Assembly (NCBI GenBank): GCA_040776945.1
Contig: JAXGZN010000001.1
Span: 928,001-992,000, forward strand
Length of the DNA: 64,000 nt
Origin: Methanomassiliicoccaceae archaeon
GTDB taxonomy: Archaea; Thermoplasmatota; Thermoplasmata; Methanomassiliicoccales; Methanomassiliicoccaceae
Direction of reading: 5' to 3'
Of the stretch, positions 18,760-28,084 are shown in pieces. The number at the start of each line of letters is the position of its first letter. The stretch's first letter is position 1. A program made the position numbers and the translations under genes. The notes under the pieces are model-generated. The model was not told the DNA's origin. It worked only from the letters and a program-made list of their open reading frames with translations, and searched no databases.

Positions 18760-19294
18760 ATATACTACGGCAGCAGATCGATATTGATGCTTTTGGTCTC
18801 GCCATCGTTCCCGGACTAACTGATGCGACCGAGGCCGTGTTAGGTTCTTAGACGAGGAGGCAGCCAAGATAGCAAAGGGGGCTAGGAACGCCCAACGGTC
18901 CTCCCGGCCCACCATCGAGAGGTCATCGAAGCTCGACGCCTGAAGCTGGGACAACCACCATGGCCAATTCGGCGGAGAGAAGGGATGGCAAGCACCACCC
19001 AGATGATCCCGGTCGGACATCTAGGAACGTCCAGAGGGCGAAAGGGCGCGTCTCGGACCCTGACCGGGTCTTGGGAGAGGAGACCGCCCCTCCCATTTTA
19101 AGCGCTCATGATGCGGGGAGGGAGCGCTCGTGAGGACCGGGGCCGAGTGTCGCGACCTTCCGGCTTGGCCTCAGGGCCTTGCTCCAACAGGTCACGTTAT
19201 CCGCAGGTCTCCGCATTTCGACGCTTGACGAACAGCTTCTTCGTGGGACAGCAACCTTATTAATCGATGAAGGGGATGCTACCGGCGGGTAGGC

Positions 19295-20416
19295 TTGAAG
19301 AAGGGAAGGCTGATAGGCGCAGGCATAGTAGCGGTCCTTATCATTTTGGCCACGGTGACCGCCTCCCTCTACCTTCCAGGAGGCCGGGACCTGCCTCCTG
19401 CACAGGGAGGGTCCCCGGACGGCAATATCTCTGACAATGATACTAAGGCAACCAGCGCAGGGACCATCCGGCAGGTGATGACCCTCCGCACCGACCTGAG
19501 CGGCAGCTCGTTGGTCGCCGATCGCCCGTTCTTCCTTCAGCTCAGGGACTCAATTGGTCCAGAAGCTAAAAGCAATGTAAGCGCCACGGAGATGCTGACC
19601 ATCAGCGGGATCGGGCCCAAGGAGGTCGAGGCCAGCACATATGAGCCAGGGAGGCCGCTGACCTCCTGGCACCCCATCGATGTCCCGGACGGGTCCGGGG
19701 GGTTGCTGGTCCGATCCGGAAAAATCCATTTCGAGATCGATGATGAAGCGACCGTGCTCATCATGGTGATCATCAGGGCCCCCGGCACATATGAGGTGAG
19801 CGTTAGCGCAAGCGAGGCGATCACCGGAGCAAGCCTTGCCCCTCCTGTGAAGATGAACGTCACCATAGAGGGCTCCGTTCCGTACCTGTTCGAACGCCCG
19901 GCACTTGACGAGGAGTTCTCCGGGAAATGGTCGATATATGTGTTTAACAGCACCTCTACGACGTTCAATATCGGTGCTCGCACCACAGCTCTCTGGAAGG
20001 ACACCGAGAGCTATCCGGCGAGATATGGTTGGACCATCGCCGTTATCAATCCGGACCATATGACCTCCGACATCGATCTGGCGAAGTACAACACTGGAGA
20101 TCCGACACTGGACCCCGCGGACCTGGTCAACACCTCGGTCGATTCGACCTGGAGCTGGGGGGTGGGAAGCCCTCTGCATGTGGTCTGGGACCCCGCGAAC
20201 GGTGTCAGGCTGGAAGGCAGCGCGGTGACCACTCCAACGACCAAGGAGCTTACCCAGGGCGGCACCCGGGCCGCTTGGGCAGATGGCACCTGGGAACCAT
20301 CTGGGAGCGGGGAACTGACCTTTCACCAGGTCGGACACTACATCTTCCTCATCACCCTGACCAAGGACGACAGGGCGGTGTCGGAGCCCCTGATACTCGA
20401 GAGCATAGTGTCCTAG
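19295..20416 (+). CDS. Membrane-anchored/secreted beta-rich hypothetical protein
   Basis: KKGR plus hydrophobic helix; Thr/Ser-rich; PGTYEVSV and GHYIFLITL Ig-like strands; several NxS/T sequons. Confidence 0.7.
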   Translation: MKKGRLIGAGIVAVLIILATVTASLYLPGGRDLPPAQGGSPDGNISDNDTKATSAGTIRQVMTLRTDLSGSSLVADRPFFLQLRDSIGPEAKSNVSATEMLTISGIGPKEVEASTYEPGRPLTSWHPIDVPDGSGGLLVRSGKIHFEIDDEATVLIMVIIRAPGTYEVSVSASEAITGASLAPPVKMNVTIEGSVPYLFERPALDEEFSGKWSIYVFNSTSTTFNIGARTTALWKDTESYPARYGWTIAVINPDHMTSDIDLAKYNTGDPTLDPADLVNTSVDSTWSWGVGSPLHVVWDPANGVRLEGSAVTTPTTKELTQGGTRAAWADGTWEPSGSGELTFHQVGHYIFLITLTKDDRAVSEPLILESIVS

Positions 20417-20559
20417 AGGTCTGTCTATGACCGGCCGCGCAACTGTATCAACTGTCTAATTTGATAGAAAAACCAGTCCTCAACAGGCGTTCGGAACGGC
20501 GTTCCTGGGGCTAAATTTCTATATAATATCGCAATTAAGTTAAACACTTCAGAGCACAG

Positions 20560-21726
20560 GTGTCAAAGATGGTGACGACCGAGAACATAGGTCTCAGGGG
20601 AATAGTTGCCGCCACCACCCATATCAGCATGGTCGACGGGGAGGAGGGCAAGCTGGCATATCGCGGTTATGATATTGAGGACCTCGCCACCAATTCCACC
20701 TTCGAAGAGGTGGCCTACCTGCTCATACACGGTTCATTGCCCACTGCGGACCAGCTGTCGGCCTTCTCCCAGGACCTGGTCGCCCACCGGCGGCTCCCCA
20801 GCGCCTTCATCGCCTCTCTGGACATGCTGCCGTTGAACACCCCCCCAATGGCCATCCTGCAGTCCGGCGTCTCCTTGCTGGCAGGATATGATCCGGACAT
20901 CTACGACGAATCGATGGAGGCGAATCAGAGAAAGGCCATCCGGGCCATCGCGCTCATGCCCACAATCATCGCGGCGTGGAAGCGCCTGAAGAACAACCAG
21001 GGGCCGGTCGAGCCAGACGACTCTCTGCCCCTTGCCGCGAACTTCCTCTACATGATCAGGGGCCGCAGGCCGGCCGAGGAGGCCGCCCGGTTCATGGACG
21101 TTTCAATGATACTGCATGCCGAGCACACCTTCAACGCATCCACCTTCACATCACGCGTCGTTGCGTCCACTGGTGCGGACATGTACGCCTCGCTGGCAGC
21201 GGGGATAGGGGCTCTGTCGGGCCCGCTGCACGGCGGGGCCAACGCCCAGGTCATGAGGAACCTGCTCGATACCAAGGACCCTGAGCTGGTGGAATCATGG
21301 GTGGAGGACCAGTTCAAGCGCGGGAAGAAGGTCTCAGGCATGGGGCACGCGGTCTACAAGACCATAGACCCACGTGCCAGGATACTCCAGAGCATGGCGC
21401 GTTCGGTGGTCAAGGACCATCCTGAGTACCGATGGTACGAGATGACCGAGAGGATGGCCTTGGCCACCCAGGACCTGCTAATGCGGAGGAAGGGCAAGCA
21501 CATCTACCCCAACGTAGACCTGTACAGCGCTTCCGTCTATCATGCCATGGGCATTCACCATGAGTTCTTCCCTGCCGTTTTCGCCATGTCCCGCTCCGCC
21601 GGATGGTGTGCTCACATCCTTGAGGAAAAGTTCCCCTCCCCTCCGGTGAGGCCAGCCCTGTATCGTCCGGAGAGCACCTATGTAGGTCCGTCGAACCGCA
21701 GATACGTGCCTATCGGAGAAAGATGA
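20560..21726 (+). CDS. Citrate synthase / 2-methylcitrate synthase
   Basis: GLRG, YRGYDI, HAEHTFNASTF, LSGPLHGGAN, GMGHAVYK, DPRA, YPNVD, SRSAGW. Confidence 0.92.
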   Translation: MSKMVTTENIGLRGIVAATTHISMVDGEEGKLAYRGYDIEDLATNSTFEEVAYLLIHGSLPTADQLSAFSQDLVAHRRLPSAFIASLDMLPLNTPPMAILQSGVSLLAGYDPDIYDESMEANQRKAIRAIALMPTIIAAWKRLKNNQGPVEPDDSLPLAANFLYMIRGRRPAEEAARFMDVSMILHAEHTFNASTFTSRVVASTGADMYASLAAGIGALSGPLHGGANAQVMRNLLDTKDPELVESWVEDQFKRGKKVSGMGHAVYKTIDPRARILQSMARSVVKDHPEYRWYEMTERMALATQDLLMRRKGKHIYPNVDLYSASVYHAMGIHHEFFPAVFAMSRSAGWCAHILEEKFPSPPVRPALYRPESTYVGPSNRRYVPIGER

Positions 21727-21760
21727 GGCACGATCATAAGGGCGTGGAGGACGAGCGCTC

Positions 21761-22120
21761 CTACCTGCCCCACAGACCAGCGCGGAAGCGTTCGACCTGC
21801 CATGCCAGCCATTCTTCGCCGCCATCGGTCCTCTCCACCGTCACGGCGATATCGTGGAGGCCCTGCTCCCGAAGCCACCTCTTCACGTTCTGAGAGGTCA
21901 TCATCCTCTGGACCTTGGGGAACATCCTAGCCCACTGTCGGGCCTCCTTAGGTCCACGAACGCCCTCTCTGGCGGCGTTCTCCCTCCAGAGCTCGTACAG
22001 GTCAACGTTGTTGGCGATGGCCGTCCGGAGGTTGATGCACTGAGGTCCGGAGTATCTTTCAAGGTAGTCGCATAGGATCCCGGACACAAAGCTCTCGCTT
22101 ATGCTGTTGAAAAAACCCAT
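21761..22120 (-). CDS. Hypothetical helical protein
   Basis: 119-aa ORF (MGFFNSISE...GGEEWLAWQVERFR) with SD-like GGAGG upstream and protein-like composition. Confidence 0.6.
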   Translation of the reverse strand: MGFFNSISESFVSGILCDYLERYSGPQCINLRTAIANNVDLYELWRENAAREGVRGPKEARQWARMFPKVQRMMTSQNVKRWLREQGLHDIAVTVERTDGGEEWLAWQVERFRAGLWGR

Positions 22121-22357
22121 CTTGTCAACCTCCACGCCGTCCCTTTCTTGCCCGTTCATCCCCGCGCAGGGGGATGGCGCTGACGCTCATGTGGTGCGGG
22201 CTAAGACGGCCCGGTTCATAACAATGCCGTGATCGAAATCATAGGCGATAACAGCTTGTCCGGACGGCCGCCGGATGCTCAATGGCCTTTGTTCGATCCC
22301 CCGGCGTCCTGCCCCCAGGTATTTTACCGAGGCGAACCATCACCACCAGTGAGCGAA

Positions 22358-24130
22358 ATGACGGAGATGGTTTGGGACCTGTCGGTACTGGTGAAGAGCA
22401 CGGACCCGGAGCGGATCAAGGAGGAGCTAGGAGAGATGGTCGCCGACCACGCCAGGTTCGCAGAGGCCCACCGGGGCAAGGTGGAAGGCTACGACGCTGA
22501 ACAGCTCGCCGGGATGTTGAGGGCGAAGGACGAGATGTTCCTCAGGCATGAAGGAGCGATGACCTATTGCTCCCTGGCATTCTCCGCTGACCAAAGCGAT
22601 CCTACGGCCAGCTCTTTGAACGACGCCAGCTCCCGCGCGGCAACCGAGGCCGATCAGCTCACAGCGTTCCTTCCAGTGGAGATGGGCCGCCTGCTGGCCG
22701 CCCGACCCGAACTGGTATCGCATCCTGCGTTGAACGATCATCGCCATTACCTTGAGCGGTACCAGCGCATCGCCCCCCATCTCCTGACGGAGGCAGAGGA
22801 GAAGGTGGTCGCCGCCAAGGACCTCACTGGCGTGTCCGCATGGTCAAAGCTGCAGAGCAAGTGGCTTAGTTCCCGCCAGTTCCGTCTTGAGGTGAAGGGA
22901 GAGGAGAAGGTGCTGACCATCGGCGAGATGGTCCCCTATGTCTATGATCAGGAACGCTCGACCAGGAAGGCCGCCTACATGGCCATGGGGACCACTCTGG
23001 GGGTGGACCGGCTTCTGTGGGCGGACGCTCTGACCGCCATATGGAAAGACCACTTGCAGATGTGCCGCCTGCGCTCATATCCTAGCCCCCTGACCTCTAG
23101 CCTCATCGCCAACGATGTGGACGAGAGGACGATCACCACGCTCATGGAGGTCGTAAGGAAGAACGCCTCGGTCTGCCAGCGCTACCTCGGCCTTAAGGCC
23201 CGGCTGCTCGGCCTGGAGAGGCTTGGTAATTGGGACCTCCGAGCCCCCCTTCCCGGAAGCACGGACCTAAAGCGCAGCTGGGAGGAGGCGAGGGAGCTGA
23301 TGGTCTCTGTCTACTCGGACCTGGATGGCCAGATAGGCGGCTGGGTGCGGGACATGTTCGAGAGCCGCCGCCTGGACGGGGAGGTGAGAAAGGGCAAGCG
23401 GACCGGCGCGTTCTGTGATACCTGGGTCAACGGGCGCTCCGCATTCATACTTTCCAGCTACAACTGCCAGCTCAACGACGTGTACACCTTGGCCCACGAG
23501 CTGGGCCATGCCGTGCACGCTTACCTGTACACGAGGGAGCAGAACCCCAGCAACTGCGCCGTCAGCCTTTGCGTGGCAGAGTGCGGCAGCATGTTCGGAG
23601 AACTGCTGCTCACGGAGCGCCTGATGTCCGAGGCATCATCGGACAGCGAGAGGCGCGCGCTTCTGGTGAAGGTCATGAACGGCTTTGTGCAGACGGTATA
23701 CCAGGAGGGGTTCCGGTACTTCTTCGAGATGGACCTGGCGCGGGCGATCGGGGAGGGAAGGTACCTGGACGCCGATGCCATAGCTGACCTGTGGATGAAG
23801 GCCCAGCGCTCTCTGTACGGGGACATAGAGTACCTTCCGGAAACGCGATGGGACTGGGCCCGGTTCCCCCACCACTATTTCGCCGGGATCCGTTTCTACG
23901 AGTACCCTTACGTGTTCGCCCAGTTGTTCGTGTTCGCCCTGTTCCGTCTCTACCGAGAGCAGGGCGCGGCGTTCGTCCCCCGCTTAAAGGCGCTGCTGTC
24001 GGCTGGCTCCAGTCGCTCCCCGGCTGAGCTGGCATCGGAGATGGGGTTCGATATCAGGGAGGAAACGTTCTGGCAGAAGGGCATCGACCAGGCCGAGGAG
24101 TACCTGGCGGAGCTGGAGCGGCTGCGGTAG
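22358..24130 (+). CDS. pepF: Oligoendopeptidase F (M3B)
   Basis: WDLS start, GKRTGAFC, TLAHELGH (HExxH), AECGSMFGE, FYEYPYVF. Confidence 0.92.
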   Translation: MTEMVWDLSVLVKSTDPERIKEELGEMVADHARFAEAHRGKVEGYDAEQLAGMLRAKDEMFLRHEGAMTYCSLAFSADQSDPTASSLNDASSRAATEADQLTAFLPVEMGRLLAARPELVSHPALNDHRHYLERYQRIAPHLLTEAEEKVVAAKDLTGVSAWSKLQSKWLSSRQFRLEVKGEEKVLTIGEMVPYVYDQERSTRKAAYMAMGTTLGVDRLLWADALTAIWKDHLQMCRLRSYPSPLTSSLIANDVDERTITTLMEVVRKNASVCQRYLGLKARLLGLERLGNWDLRAPLPGSTDLKRSWEEARELMVSVYSDLDGQIGGWVRDMFESRRLDGEVRKGKRTGAFCDTWVNGRSAFILSSYNCQLNDVYTLAHELGHAVHAYLYTREQNPSNCAVSLCVAECGSMFGELLLTERLMSEASSDSERRALLVKVMNGFVQTVYQEGFRYFFEMDLARAIGEGRYLDADAIADLWMKAQRSLYGDIEYLPETRWDWARFPHHYFAGIRFYEYPYVFAQLFVFALFRLYREQGAAFVPRLKALLSAGSSRSPAELASEMGFDIREETFWQKGIDQAEEYLAELERLR

Positions 24131-24311
24131 CGTCGCAGAGCCTGCAGCATAGGTCAAGCATGCAAACCACGTTATGAAAGGCCGGCCCCGACCCCATCGA
24201 AGTGCCTCAGACCATCCAGGAGAAGCTCTCTCGGATACATCTGGTCCGCTAAGGCAGCTCCCATCGAGCGCTGAACGCCGATCATGCCGACGGCCTGCCG
24301 GAGGTCCGGAA

Positions 24312-24367
24312 GTGTGATGATGAGGGCCAGGACCCCGTATAGGGGCCGTTGGCCATCTCCATCGCAC
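24312..24367. terminator. Long imperfect hairpin between convergent pepF and pirin genes
   Basis: Nested pairings GTGTGATG/CATCGCAC, GAG/CTC, GGCCA/TGGCC, CCCC/GGGG. Confidence 0.35.
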
Positions 24368-24392
24368 CGATGCCGTACCGTCCGGGACCAGA

Positions 24393-25253
24393 TCACATTC
24401 CGGAGGCCGGGCCCTCGACGAACGTGCCGGCCTCGATCTCCTCGAACGCCTGCCTGAGCTCGGCATCGGTGTTCATCACCACCGGTCCTCTCCAGGCCAT
24501 TGGCTCGCGGACAGGCTCCCCCGACACCAGGAGGAAGCGGACCCCTTGGTCGGACGCCCTCACGCGAACGACGTCCCCGTCCCCGAGGACGACCAGGTTC
24601 TCCGGCCCGGCAGCGCTCGCATCACCGAAGGAGCCCACTCCCTGGAACACATACGCGAATGCTGACCGTTTCCGGGGCACCCCATGCTCGAACCGCCCTC
24701 CAGGCTCCATTCGGACGTCCAGGTACTCGATCGGGACCACCAGGTCCTTCACCGGCCCCACCGCTCCGTTGAAGGAGCCGGCGATCACCTTGACCTCGAC
24801 ATCGTTTGAGGGCTTGGTGACCGGTATTGCCTCTCGTCCAATGTTCTGGTACCGGGGCGGCATCATCTTGCTCCTACTGGGCAGGTTGATCCAAAGCTGA
24901 AAGCCCTGCACGCCGTCATCGCCGCGGGGCATCTCCTCGTGGACAATGCCTCTGCCGGCGGTCATCCACTGCACCTCGCCCGGACCGGTGGTCCCTTGAT
25001 TGCCCATGCTGTCACGATGCTCAGTGGAACCCTTGACCATATAGGTGACCGTCTCCATTCCCCTGTGCGGGTGGAAGGGAAACCCTGCTCGGTAATCGGC
25101 CGGGTCATCGGAGTGAAAATCATCTAGCATCAAGAAGGGGTCCAGGTCCGGCAGCTCCTTGGCGTGGAACGCCCTCACCAGGTTGACCCCGGCACCTTCC
25201 ACCGTAGGCCTTGCCCGGCGGACCATGCGTACTGTTCTCACGTTCTCGGTCAT
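24393..25253 (-). CDS. Pirin family protein
   Basis: EGAGV, DPFLMLD, HPHRGMETVTY, HRDSMG, MTAGRGIVHEE, QLWINLP, GPVVMN. Confidence 0.93.
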   Translation of the reverse strand: MTENVRTVRMVRRARPTVEGAGVNLVRAFHAKELPDLDPFLMLDDFHSDDPADYRAGFPFHPHRGMETVTYMVKGSTEHRDSMGNQGTTGPGEVQWMTAGRGIVHEEMPRGDDGVQGFQLWINLPSRSKMMPPRYQNIGREAIPVTKPSNDVEVKVIAGSFNGAVGPVKDLVVPIEYLDVRMEPGGRFEHGVPRKRSAFAYVFQGVGSFGDASAAGPENLVVLGDGDVVRVRASDQGVRFLLVSGEPVREPMAWRGPVVMNTDAELRQAFEEIEAGTFVEGPASGM

Positions 25254-25343
25254 TTCGCGCATAGAGCTTGGAGGTCAAGAGGTTGTACAAAGAACTAAGC
25301 GAGAAAGGATGGCCCGGCCCCGATGGTCGGACGCCTCATCACC

Positions 25344-25796
25344 TCACTCGAAGGGCCATATCAGTCTGGTCAGCAGCTTCTCTGGAGGCACCTCCTCGGG
25401 GCTGTTGAGGTACTCCTCCCACATGAAGTCCGCCGGCCTCTTTCCGTTGGCCTTCATCCACTCCATGATGACGTTGTAAGAGCCCATAAGCTTGTCGTAG
25501 GCTCCCTCGTGCACGAGAGTGGCGGCCTTGACCGATGGGAGCTGGAACGGATGGACCCTTCCCTTTGAGACGCCTTCTCCGACGATCGGGAAGCCGATCT
25601 CCATATCGATCTCATCGTCCGACCATGAATGGTAGTACGCAAAGGGCGGCCCAACGCAGCGCACGTCTCTCTCAAGCAGCGGCATGAGCTCTTGGAACAT
25701 ACCTTTCATGGCCTGCGATATATCCCGCGTCCTGACCTTCTCCCTGATGGCGACGGCCATCTGGGGCATAGTGGTGACGACCTTAACATTGCCCAT
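25344..25796 (-). CDS. GyrI-like small-molecule-binding domain protein
   Basis: GPPFAYYH, DMEIGFPI, HEGAYDKL, WEEYLNSP, TRLIWP. Confidence 0.85.
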   Translation of the reverse strand: MGNVKVVTTMPQMAVAIREKVRTRDISQAMKGMFQELMPLLERDVRCVGPPFAYYHSWSDDEIDMEIGFPIVGEGVSKGRVHPFQLPSVKAATLVHEGAYDKLMGSYNVIMEWMKANGKRPADFMWEEYLNSPEEVPPEKLLTRLIWPFE

Positions 25797-25849
25797 GTGA
25801 TCGGTCTCATATACGCTTCGTCTAATGAAATCATTTGGGAGAGGTGACC

Positions 25850-26070
25850 GAAACCCTGAACCGGACAAGCGGCCATTAAGATCGCGCTGGGAGACCGACC
25901 TGAACGAAACGATGATGGATGAAACAGCGAGGTGTTGCAGGGCCTGTACAGGCATAAGAAGGGCCGTTCCCCCTCACATGTTCCGCCATGCCAAGCTGAA
26001 CGGCCACGTTGATCGGGACATTGGCCCCTGATGGGTAAAGTGTCCGCCGTACAGACGCACATACGGCCCC
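25850..26070 (+). pseudogene. Decayed tyrosine recombinase/integrase C-terminal fragment
   Basis: In one frame: GIRRAVPPHMFRH ... (TGA)WVKCPPYRRTY, i.e. HxxRH, (G)W and Y. Confidence 0.45.
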
Positions 26071-26098
26071 TTGCCCCTTAGGAGCATTCCGAGATGAA

Positions 26099-26273
26099 GA
26101 AGGAGCGGCGAGATCGGACGGGGCCCGCCCGCTCCTTCACCCTAGCGGGACCGACCCTTTCATCGGCCTCAGGGCCGGGGACGGGGAGCCTTCGGCGAGG
26201 GCCCGTCATGGGCAGGTGCCAGGACCGGTCAGCTGGAGCGGCGGGAGACGGACGGGCCGCTCCGACCGGTCTG
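26099..26273. repeat. Two related hairpins (imperfect direct repeat of about 30 nt)
   Basis: GGAGCGGCGAGATCGGACGGGGCCCGCCCGCTCC (26102-26135) and GGAGCGGCGGGAGACGGACGGGCCGCTCC (26235-26263). Confidence 0.55.
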
Positions 26274-26462
26274 CTCTAAGGGAAGGTAGGCAGGGCGACC
26301 CATGTCCGAGACCCATGCTCAACGGATCAGAACGACATCCTCTCAGAACAGCATCGACCGATCTAACGAACGGTCTCTGGCAGGCCGACTTGGGACAAAT
26401 CGCGCTGTGAAAAGTTATTTATTCTAAGCTACATTAAGCCGTTTACCTAAAAAGGTGTTTAG

Positions 26463-26858
26463 ATGGTAGAGTTCAAGGCTGTCATTAATGATGTGAAGAC
26501 CGGAAAGTCGTACCAGGTCGCGGTCGCCGGGCATCACGCTAACTCCCTTATCGGCAAGAAGATCGGGGATGTCGTGGACGGCATCTTCGTGAGCCTTCCC
26601 GGATACAAGCTGACCATCGCTGGCGGGAGCGACAGGGACGGCGTTCCCATGCGCGCTGACCTCCCCGGCGTAAGGCGAAAGAACATCCTCCTTTCCAAGA
26701 GCATCGGCTTCACTTCCAATGAGCAGGGATTGAGGCGGCGCAAGCTGGTCCGCGGGAACACAGTTTCCACGGACACCACCCAGATCAACATGGTCATTTC
26801 CTCAGTAGGATCCAAATCGGTCGAGGACCTTCTTCCCAAGAAAGAGGAGAAGAAATGA
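26463..26858 (+). CDS. rps6e: 30S ribosomal protein S6e
   Basis: [35 protein letters not shown]. Confidence 0.96.
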   Translation: MVEFKAVINDVKTGKSYQVAVAGHHANSLIGKKIGDVVDGIFVSLPGYKLTIAGGSDRDGVPMRADLPGVRRKNILLSKSIGFTSNEQGLRRRKLVRGNTVSTDTTQINMVISSVGSKSVEDLLPKKEEKK

Positions 26859-28078
26859 AGGTCGGCCGGCAGCCTGAGGTCAATATCGGGATGATCGGTC
26901 ACGTGGACCACGGCAAGACGACCTTGACCAGGGCGTTGAGCGAGGAATGGACCGACCGGCACTCCGAGGAGATCAAGAGAGGCATCTCCATACGACTCGG
27001 CTACGCCGACACCGCTTTCTACCGCTGCCCAAAGTGCGACAAGTACACTACCAGGGACCACTGCCCGGAGTGCGGGGAGCAGGCCGAGTTCCTGAGGGCC
27101 ATATCCTTCGTGGACGCTCCGGGCCACGAGACGCTGATGGCGACCATGCTCTCCGGTGCGGCCATGATGCAGGGCGCTCTCCTGTTGGTCGCGGCCAACG
27201 AACACTGCCCGCAGCCGCAGACCAAGGAGCATCTTATGGCCTTGTCCATTATCGGCGTGGACAGGATCATCATCGTTCAGAACAAGATAGACATCGTGAC
27301 CAAGGAAGAGGCTTTGGAGAACTACCGCGAGATCAAACGCTTCGTCAAGGGGACCATTGCCGAGAACGCTCCCATCATACCTGTCTCAGCCCACCACGAC
27401 GTCAACATCGACAAGCTCATAGAGGCCATCGAGAAGTATATACCGACCCCCCGTCCAGATAAGGACAAGCCCCCCATGATGTACGTGGCAAGGTCCTTCG
27501 ACATCAACATCCCCGGCTCCTCGCCAGACTTCTTGAAAGGAGGGGTACTGGGAGGTTCGCTCACCCAAGGCGTGCTAAGGGTCGGAGACGAGATCGAGGT
27601 GCTTCCCGGCCGAAAGGTCGAGATCAGCGGCAAGACCTCTTGGGAGAGGATCACCACGACAGTTCATTCCCTGCACACAGGGAACACCACTCTGGAAGAG
27701 GCCAGCCCTGGTGGCCTTATAGCCATAGGCACCAAACTGGACCCCGCGCTGACCAAGTCGGACGGCCTGACCGGCCGAGTCGTGGGTAAGCCTGGAACGC
27801 TGCCTCCGGTGCTGCACAAGTTCATGATGACCACCCATCTCTTGGAGAGGGTGGTCGGGGCCGCCGAGGATCTGGTGGTCGACAACATCAAGACCAATGA
27901 GCCCCTGATGCTGAGCATCGGGACCGCGACGACCGTGGGCGTCGTGACCAGCGCCCGTGGGGACCAATCAGAGGTGGCGCTCAAGATACCAGTGTGCGCG
28001 CACGTGGGCCAGCGCGTTGCTATATCCAGGCGCATATCCGGCAAGTGGCGGCTCATCGGATACGGCATAATCCAGTAG
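26855..28078 (+). CDS. eif2g: Translation initiation factor 2 gamma subunit (aIF2-gamma)
   Basis: [26 protein letters not shown], Zn knuckle, DAPGHE, NKID, WRLIGYG. Confidence 0.97.
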   Translation: MKVGRQPEVNIGMIGHVDHGKTTLTRALSEEWTDRHSEEIKRGISIRLGYADTAFYRCPKCDKYTTRDHCPECGEQAEFLRAISFVDAPGHETLMATMLSGAAMMQGALLLVAANEHCPQPQTKEHLMALSIIGVDRIIIVQNKIDIVTKEEALENYREIKRFVKGTIAENAPIIPVSAHHDVNIDKLIEAIEKYIPTPRPDKDKPPMMYVARSFDINIPGSSPDFLKGGVLGGSLTQGVLRVGDEIEVLPGRKVEISGKTSWERITTTVHSLHTGNTTLEEASPGGLIAIGTKLDPALTKSDGLTGRVVGKPGTLPPVLHKFMMTTHLLERVVGAAEDLVVDNIKTNEPLMLSIGTATTVGVVTSARGDQSEVALKIPVCAHVGQRVAISRRISGKWRLIGYGIIQ

Positions 28079-28084
28079 GCGTCC

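Noticed and set aside
24128-24130. Pyl readthrough at other TAG stops (glnQ-like, mntP, 20416, 21761, pepF, CBS, GPN, wHTH)
   Set aside because: The proteins look complete at the TAG, and the extensions are short or antisense to neighbours. TAG appears to serve as a stop here, arguing against full reassignment.
24314-24370. Box C/D guide RNA (GTGATGA ... CCGA)
   Set aside because: No C'/D' boxes; the segment is better explained as one long hairpin.
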